From assembly GCA_951406725.2 (NCBI GenBank), contig OX597823.1:85932001-85996000 (forward strand): 64,000 nucleotides of DNA. Direction: 5' to 3'. The DNA comes from Octopus vulgaris (taxonomy: Eukaryota). Below are positions 56,196 to 64,000 of the stretch, in pieces. A model generated the notes under the pieces. The model was not told the DNA's origin. It did no database searches and saw only the letters and a program-made list of their open reading frames with translations. Made by a program: the position numbers and the translations under genes. Numbering within the stretch: the first letter of the stretch is position 1; each line of letters opens with the position of its first letter.

Positions 56196-57166
56196 ACATA
56201 TATATATATATATATATATACACATTCTATCTCCTCTCTCTCTCTCTCTCTCTCTTTCTTTCTCAGTGTCACACTCTCACTCTCTCACTCACACTTACAC
56301 ACACCACCCATTCTACAATGCTTTTGCGTCTATCTACACGCTGATATTTCTCACTCTTTATATAATGCAGTTTGAAATACCACGAACCAGCCCCCTTATT
56401 CGCTGCACTACCTCCAATCTCCACCACACGCATCTGTTTAAGCAGCAGAAACATTTTATGGGGTTCTTAACACTTTCAAACACTCAACTATAATTAATAC
56501 GAAATCGCTAAATTGTCAAAAAATACAAATAATAAAATTATTAAAACGTCGCTCGCGAAATTCATAACCCCTGAATAAACAACGAACAAACAACGAATAT
56601 TCCATTGAAATGTAAGCTTACAGGAATATATTTAGATTATAAATAGTATAAGCTAGAACACTGTAAGGTCTGCGAAGTGTCGGCAAGGTATCAGTTAACA
56701 TGCTCTTCACATGTAAACGTTACATAACCAGCGTTGTATCGAAGGCTGCTGCAGCAGTCACTGTTAACTGGCTCTTCCAGATGATTGCAGAAGACAAATA
56801 GCGCCGCCAGTGGCCAGAGTAGTGAATTACTCTGGCGTAGTTCGCGGGAAATTTAAGTGTCCGTTTACGATTATATATCCGGATTCAAAAATGCCCGAGT
56901 AATTGCATGTCGGAGAATTTAGGGCACAAATGAGTGTGTGTGTGTGTGTGTGTGTGTGTACGTATACATATATATATATGCCTCTATAATTATATACGCA
57001 TATTTATATTATGTTTCTCTGATATATATGAGTGTACATATGTTATATTACATATTGTTTTTATGTATATAAGTAATGTATGTGTGCGTGAGTAAATGTA
57101 TGTATATATATACATATATATGTATATATATATATATGCATATATATATATGTATATATATATATG

Positions 57167-57223
<57 letters not shown>

Positions 57224-57865
57224 GTACATACCTAATTATGCATGCATATGCATGTGAAAGTAGGTGTGTGTGTTTGTGTATGTACACATATATTATTGTT
57301 TAAATGTATATAAAACATGTAGTATTTGCTATACATTCATATGTGCACATGCGTGTTTTTCGAATATTCATGATGTGTATATTTATACATGCATCCGAAA
57401 TTGTGATGACTTTGGACCGAAAATTGTTGAACGATGAGCGTGTCATGTCCACGTCTTGCGTGTAGTTTATTTTCTGTGTTCTATTGTGGTCCATCTGTGG
57501 AATTTTGACTTATATGTATGTATAACATGGGATTTTATTATGCATGGATAAACATGTGCGTACTTTCGTGTATGTGCTTGTGATGTGTACTCTTGCCTTC
57601 ATATGAAGTAACAGATGTTACCGGCATACAAGTGTCATACATACATGTTCAATCTTCTATGCAAAAAATATTCAGCCATGTAGAACATAAATTATGTTGC
57701 TCAGGAAATAGGGGATGGCTGGGGAAAGGTTTTCATGCTAGAGCAAAAAACAAACAAAAAAGCCCTCCCTCACTGAAATCCAACCGGCCCATGCAGTCAT
57801 TGCAAAATGAACATCAACATGGTGGTGGTGGTGGGGGGTGTATGTACTTTCATTTTCATATTATT

Positions 57866-58158
57866 TTACATGTTTCAGTCATCAGACTGATGCCATGCTA
57901 CAGCACTACCTTGAATGGTTTAGTGGAGTGAATCGACCTGTTATTAGGCCTGTTATGTATTATACCAGCCTTTATTTTTAGGCGAAAAGCTAAGTTATGG
58001 GGACGTAATGAAACCAATACCAATTGCCAAGCGGTGGTGGGTACAAGCACGGACACAAACGCGCGCGGTATTATACAAGACACTGCCCCACAGAGACACG
58101 CAGTAGGACTGAACCTCAAACCATGGAGTTGAGACAAAAATTTCTTACCACACAGCCG
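57866..58158 (-). mobile_element. SINE family A, degenerate
   Basis: GCTAAGTTATGGGGACGTAA and GGACTGAACCTCAAACCATGG...ACCACACAGCC. Confidence 0.65.
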
Positions 58159-58278
58159 AATGAATTACATTTTATACAAAAACATGCATGTTTGTGTAGA
58201 TATATGCGTATGTGTGTGTGGGGGCATCTTTGTATGAGCATGTACGCTTCCCTCTCTCTATTTCTCCCTCCCTCTCTC

Positions 58279-58326
<48 letters not shown>

Positions 58327-58564
58327 TGTATATCTGATATATATATATATATTCATGTAAATTTTATATATATATATATATAAATATATATGCATGTATA
58401 TTTGATATATATAAATATATATATATTTGTATGTATATTTTTATATATGTACATATATATTTGTATGTATATATATTTTTATATGTATGTATATATTTTT
58501 TGCATGTATTTGTGCATATAGATATATATATATGTGTATCTATGTATGCAAATATAGATATGTA

Positions 58565-58606
<42 letters not shown>

Positions 58607-58991
58607 GGTGCACCTGGGCACTGTATACAATAATTTCATTATCATTATCATTTTATATATATATGTGGTTATGTAGTTATGTACGTATGCATATGTATGG
58701 CTGGATATATATATGTATGTGTTTATGTATATGTGTGTATATATATATGTGTATATATAAATGTATGAGTGTATGTATTTGAGTATATACATTATATACA
58801 TGTATGTATATATATGTATATATATATACATGTATGTATATATATACATGTATGTATATATATATGTATATATATATATATTTATGTATGCATTTATGTG
58901 CATATATATGTGTATACATATACATGTATTTATAAATATATATATGTATATCTATCTATATATATATCTATCTGTCTGTCTATCTATCTAT

Positions 58992-59043
<52 letters not shown>

Positions 59044-59048
<5 letters not shown>

Positions 59049-59262
59049 CCCCGAGGAAGACACTTTATTTCGGCTTCCTGCAGTTAACTCAGTTGGCAAA
59101 AATGTGTAGTACCTGAATTTCAAAGGGCCGGCCCTGTCACGCTGAATCTCCCTGAGAACGTATCTGTAGAGTGCTCAGCCACTTGCACCTTAATTTCACG
59201 AGCTAGCTTTTACTTTGATCGTATCAGCTGGGACAGTCGTCAACGCAACCGGCGGAGTGCTG
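59044..59262 (+). mobile_element. SINE family C body
   Basis: TTGTCCCCGAGGAAGACAC...TTTCAAAGGGCCGGCCCTGTCACGCTGAATCTCCCTGAG...GTGCTCAGCCACTTGCAC is homologous to 9700-10025. Confidence 0.7.
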
Positions 59263-59375
59263 CTTTATATGTGGTAGTATGTATGCATGTATGTATGTAT
59301 GTATACATATATAGATGTATGTATATATATGTATATATATATAGATGTATGTATATATATATGTATATATGTATG

Positions 59376-59445
<70 letters not shown>

Positions 59446-60307
59446 GATGTATGTATATATATAGATATATGTATGTATGTATATATATATATATAGATGT
59501 ATATGTATGTATATATAAGTATGTATATATATGTATATATAGATGCATGTATATATATGTATATATAAATGAATAGGTATGAATATATATGTAGTTGTAT
59601 GTATACATGTGTATGTATATGAGTATATATATATATGTGTTTGTGTATTTACATACATGTATGTATATATATATACATATATGTATATACATGTATATAT
59701 ATATATATACATATATGTATTATACCCTCTCCACCCACACACACATTCTTTTGTGTGAAGAAGAAAAAAAATACAGATGATTTTCTCTCTGTAGACGAAG
59801 TTTGCTTTAGTAAATAAACGTCGCCAAGTGCTAGATAATCTGTTAAATAAGTAAGTTATTTATATAAGGTATCAAAATTGACTATTCACTGCTTAACGAC
59901 TTGTCTATTTATATTTATCTTTATCTGACGCATGACTGCGTTCTGCAATCTCAACAATACGAGACCATTCATATTTGAAGTAGTTAGTGTGTCATATGAA
60001 GGGCAATTTCTTGGAGATAGATTTCTCGCTGAATACAGCAAACAGGAGGTTTATCTTTAGGAATTTAAACTTTTGATAGAGAATCCTTAGGTAATAATCG
60101 GATTAATATATGGGTTTCCCACTCAATAATTAAATTAAATAAAATATGGTTTCTTGAATGTTGATGGTTCGGCAGAATAGGGTACAAATTTCTAGCTCTC
60201 AAGTGAGCAGAGCGCGTTCGAATCGACTGAGACGATGCTTTGATAAGGCATTCAAAGGTTTGCAAGTTACAGTAAGGCATCAGGTGTGGAACTGATAAGA
60301 ATTTGTA

Positions 60308-60700
60308 AGGCGCAGGCGTGGCTGTGTGGTAAGAAGCTTACTCCCTAACGAAATGGTTCCGGGTTCAGTCTCACTGCGTGACATCTTGGGCAAGTGTCTT
60401 CAACTGTAGCATCAAACTGACCAAATCCTTGCAAGTGGGTTTGGTAGACGGAAACTGGAAGGAGCCCTTCGCATATATATATATGTTTATGTGACTGTAT
60501 CTGTGTTTATCCTCCCGCCATCGCTTGACAACCGATGCTGGTGTATTTACGTCCCTGTAACTTAGCGGTTCGGCACAAGAAGCCGATAGATGTACTGGGG
60601 TTGCAAAGATTAAATCCTCAGGTAGGTTTCTTCGACTAACACCTTTTAATATAGTGCTCCAGCATTGCCGCAGTCAAATCACTGAAACAAGTAGAAGAAA
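60308..60700 (+). mobile_element. SINE family A, full length
   Basis: AGGCGCAGGCGTGGCTGTGTGGTAAGAAGC (A box), GGGTTCAGTCTC (B box), body and tail. Confidence 0.92.
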
Positions 60701-60734
60701 AAATAGTATATATCAATCAATCAATCTCTTTATA

Positions 60735-60955
60735 ACTATACTTTTCTACTCCAGGCACAAGGCCCGAAATTTTGGGGTAGGGAGCCAGTCGATTAGATCG
60801 ACCCCTGTATGCAACTGGTACATAATTTATTGACACCGAAAAGCTGAAAGGCAAAGTCGACTGCGGCGGAATTTGAACTCAGAAAGTAAAAAGCAGACGA
60901 AATACCTCTAAGCATTTCGTCCGCCATTCTAACGTTTCTGCCAGATCGCCGCCTT
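60735..60955 (-). mobile_element. SINE family B (tRNA head plus Meta-domain-like core)
   Basis: Reverse complement reads GGCGGCGATCTGGCAGAAACGTTAG...GAGTTCAAATTCCGCCGCAGTCGACTTTGCCTTTCAGCTTTTCGGTGTCAATAAATTATGTACCAG. The central part resembles the MetaSINE domain; recognised from memory. Confidence 0.8.
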
Positions 60956-61044
60956 AATTCTTTGTAAGTATATATGGAGGTATATATGTCTGAGTGTTTG
61001 TAAGTATAAATATCTAAATAGATAGCTACTAAAACATACATACG

Positions 61045-61130
<86 letters not shown>

Positions 61131-61360
61131 GAGCTCTTTCACACTTTCTCTCTCTGTCTTTCTGTGTATATATATGTGTGTGTATACTACAGAGAGAATG
61201 TGAGAGGAAGGAGGGAAACAGATTAGGAGAGAGAGAGAAAGTAAGGGATTAAAACTTTTACACATGTATACAAGCACACAGGCATATGGATATCCATGCA
61301 TGTGAGTGCATATGTGTATATCTATATATACACACACACACATCTATTAAAAATTGAATA

Positions 61361-61418
<58 letters not shown>

Positions 61419-61894
61419 CACATAGATAGATGGATGGAGAGATAGATACATACACACATACATACTTGCACTCACTGACACATATGCACATACGTACAAA
61501 AATATATACATCTATGCATACATCCCTACGATGAGCGCGTGCCTGCGAGCGCGTGTGTGTGAGTGGAGTGTGTCCGTGTGTGCGTGTGTTTGTATGTATG
61601 CATCTACGCTTGCATTGGCAAAAGTTACAATTTCACAGCACATATTAAGGTTTTTTATTGTAATAGAGAGTTATTTCATGATTTCCTTCCCATGCCACAA
61701 CTGGTATCTCGGTCCTCGTGGTTATCAGAGAGGACGAATACATCACTGTCTAAACAGGTAAGGGTCGCAGAGAGAACAAGTATCCAGCTGCAAAAAAAAA
61801 AAAGTATTAATCGGAAGCAAAGTTTAAAAGAATTACGAGAAGCAAGAAAAAAGACAGGAAATTTAGCAACATAAATTTAGAAGTATATATATAT

Positions 61895-61927
<33 letters not shown>

Positions 61928-62259
61928 CACCAACACAATAAAAGAAATACGAAAATGTAATTATATATATGTGAATGTATAAAAATGTATATGTCTGTAT
62001 AAAATTACCTACACAAATTTATATATAAATACACAACCATACATTTTTCGTATGTGTGTGTATGTATATAAATGTTTGTGTGTGTGTGTGTGTGCATATA
62101 TAGATGTGTTACTGCATGCATATAAATGTGTGTATGTATACATATATGTATATATAATATCTACATATATATACATATATCTACACATATATATATATAT
62201 ATATATAACATATATGTATTATTTATATAACATATATATTGCATACATGCGGCTGTGTA

Positions 62260-62302
<43 letters not shown>

Positions 62303-62325
62303 TTCGTTGCTTTTATCTTATTTAG

Positions 62326-62541
62326 TTCTTTGACGAGTGCAATGCTGGAGTACCGCCATTTTGTCGAAGAAATCGCCCTCTGGACTTATTCTTTGTAAGC
62401 CTGGTATTTATTCTATAGGTCCCATCGGTTGAGCTGCTAAGTTACGGGATCATAGATACACCAATATCGGTTTTAACGATTATATGGTTGGAACCCGGAA
62501 CCTCTTGTACGGAGAAGGCTTCTTACCACACAGTCAGTCCT
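62326..62541 (-). mobile_element. SINE family A, internally deleted
   Basis: ATGCTGGAGTACCGCC...GGACTTATTCTTTGTAAGCC...GAACCCGGAACC...TTCTTACCACACAG. Confidence 0.75.
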
Positions 62542-62546
62542 TAATA

Positions 62547-62603
<57 letters not shown>

Positions 62604-62608
<5 letters not shown>

Positions 62609-62660
62609 GGTACCCCAGCATGGCCACAGCTCATAAGCTGAAACTATCAATCAATCAATC
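62604..62660 (+). repeat. Isolated retroposon 3'-end fragment in (TA)n
   Basis: ATGGCGGTACCCCAGCATGGCCACAGCTCATAAGCTGAAACTATCAATCAATCAATC. Confidence 0.8.
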
Positions 62661-62682
62661 ATATATATATATACAAGTATAG

Positions 62683-62752
<70 letters not shown>

Positions 62753-62811
62753 CTCTCTCTCTATATATATATAAATACATATACAGTATAAATACAAATA
62801 TATATTTAAAT

Positions 62812-62852
<41 letters not shown>

Positions 62853-62899
62853 TATACATACATATATACATACACATATATATATAACCTATTATTATT

Positions 62900-63292
62900 T
62901 TATTTGCTTCGGCCATTTCACTGCGTCCATGCTGGAGTAAAGAGTTTAGTAAGGACAATCGACCCCAGGACTTAATTTTGTAAGCCTAGAAATTACGCAA
63001 GATTACGAGGATGAAGACACACCAACATCGGTTGTCAAGGGATGGTGAGGGGCCAAACACGCACATACCCAATCATGTACATATATATGTATATAATATA
63101 ACATATATATAACGGCAGACTTCTTTCAGTTTCCGTCTAACCAATCCATTCGCAAATCATTGGTCAGACCCAGACCTTAACAGATGACACTTCCTCAAAA
63201 TAGCCACATAGTCGGAGTCAACCAGGAAAGGTGTTTGATAAGCATAAGCAAGCTACTTAACACACCCGCCAATGCGCCCATCAGCCACGCCT
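62900..63292 (-). mobile_element. SINE family A, degenerate
   Basis: CCATGCTGGAG...CACCAACATCGGTTGTCAAG...CTTCTTTCAGTTTCCGTC...CAGCCACGCCT. Confidence 0.75.
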
Positions 63293-63304
63293 GATGTATG
63301 CATA

Positions 63305-63372
<68 letters not shown>

Positions 63373-63548
63373 TACACACACAAATGTATATATATATATA
63401 CACATGTATGTATATATATATATATGTATTAGTATATATATCTATATATATGTATATATATATGTATACGTATGTATATATATATGTATGTACGTACATA
63501 TATATGTATATGTACATATATGTGTGTATATATATATTCATATGTATG

Positions 63549-63620
<72 letters not shown>

Positions 63621-64000
63621 TATGTATATATATATATGTCTGTCATTATATATGTATATTCACATATTTCTGCATGTAGTTATATAATGCTTATATGCAC
63701 ATAGTCGAATATGTGTGTATATAAGTTTATGCATATTTTTCGTGCGTGTATATGTATATGCACGTATATTTGAATCTAAGTATAAATAGATAGGTAGATG
63801 GATAGAACAAAAATTGTAATTAAAAACACACAACTCTCTCAACTATTCATGAATACATTTGTCGTTATATTTACACAACATACTATTTGTATGTATATAA
63901 AAATGTGTATATATATGTGTGTGTGTATGTATATTATAAATATATGTACACGATAAATATATGAACATATGTATACAATATTTATATATATATATGATAT

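Noticed and set aside
56790-56812. BMP/Smad silencer-type element GRCGNC(N5)GTCT
   Set aside because: The minus strand gives GGCGCT-ATTT-GTCT, with the wrong sixth base and a 4-nt spacer.
56813-56845. Helitron 3' terminus
   Set aside because: A hairpin is present but no CTRR end follows at the expected spacing.

Overview
Eukaryotic, AT-rich DNA saturated with microsatellites. The SINE families and the (TA)n/(CA)n/(TAGA)n/(TACA)n density suggest an octopod cephalopod (Octopus sp.); this is inference. The only credible protein-coding gene is a SoxB2 (Sox14/Sox21-like) HMG-box transcription factor with an uninterrupted CDS at 37813-38514 (+). It has a possible GTG-initiated N-terminal extension from 37702 and a TATA/Sox-site promoter candidate near 35.3-35.5 kb. 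The rest is a gene desert holding one decayed mariner transposon (about 1.5-2.4 kb), roughly 25 copies of a tRNA-derived SINE with a built-in microsatellite, several other SINE or LINE-tail families, and short islands of unique sequence that are candidate SoxB2 enhancers. Almost all ORFs in the supplied track are microsatellite translations (YI/HT/CV repeats) and are not genes. The main unexpected result is that at least four unrelated short repeat families carry minimal type I hammerhead ribozyme motifs of the Penelope-like-element kind, often in fold-back arrangements. They include a tRNA (Pol III)-headed, hammerhead-bearing element with two inverted arms (53650-54110), a 240-bp palindrome whose inversion point is the hammerhead core (45358-45597), a hammerhead closed by a long helix I (49046-49130), and a hammerhead with a compensatory U3:A8 core variant (24771-24811). 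All folds were derived by eye, and repeat boundaries are approximate.
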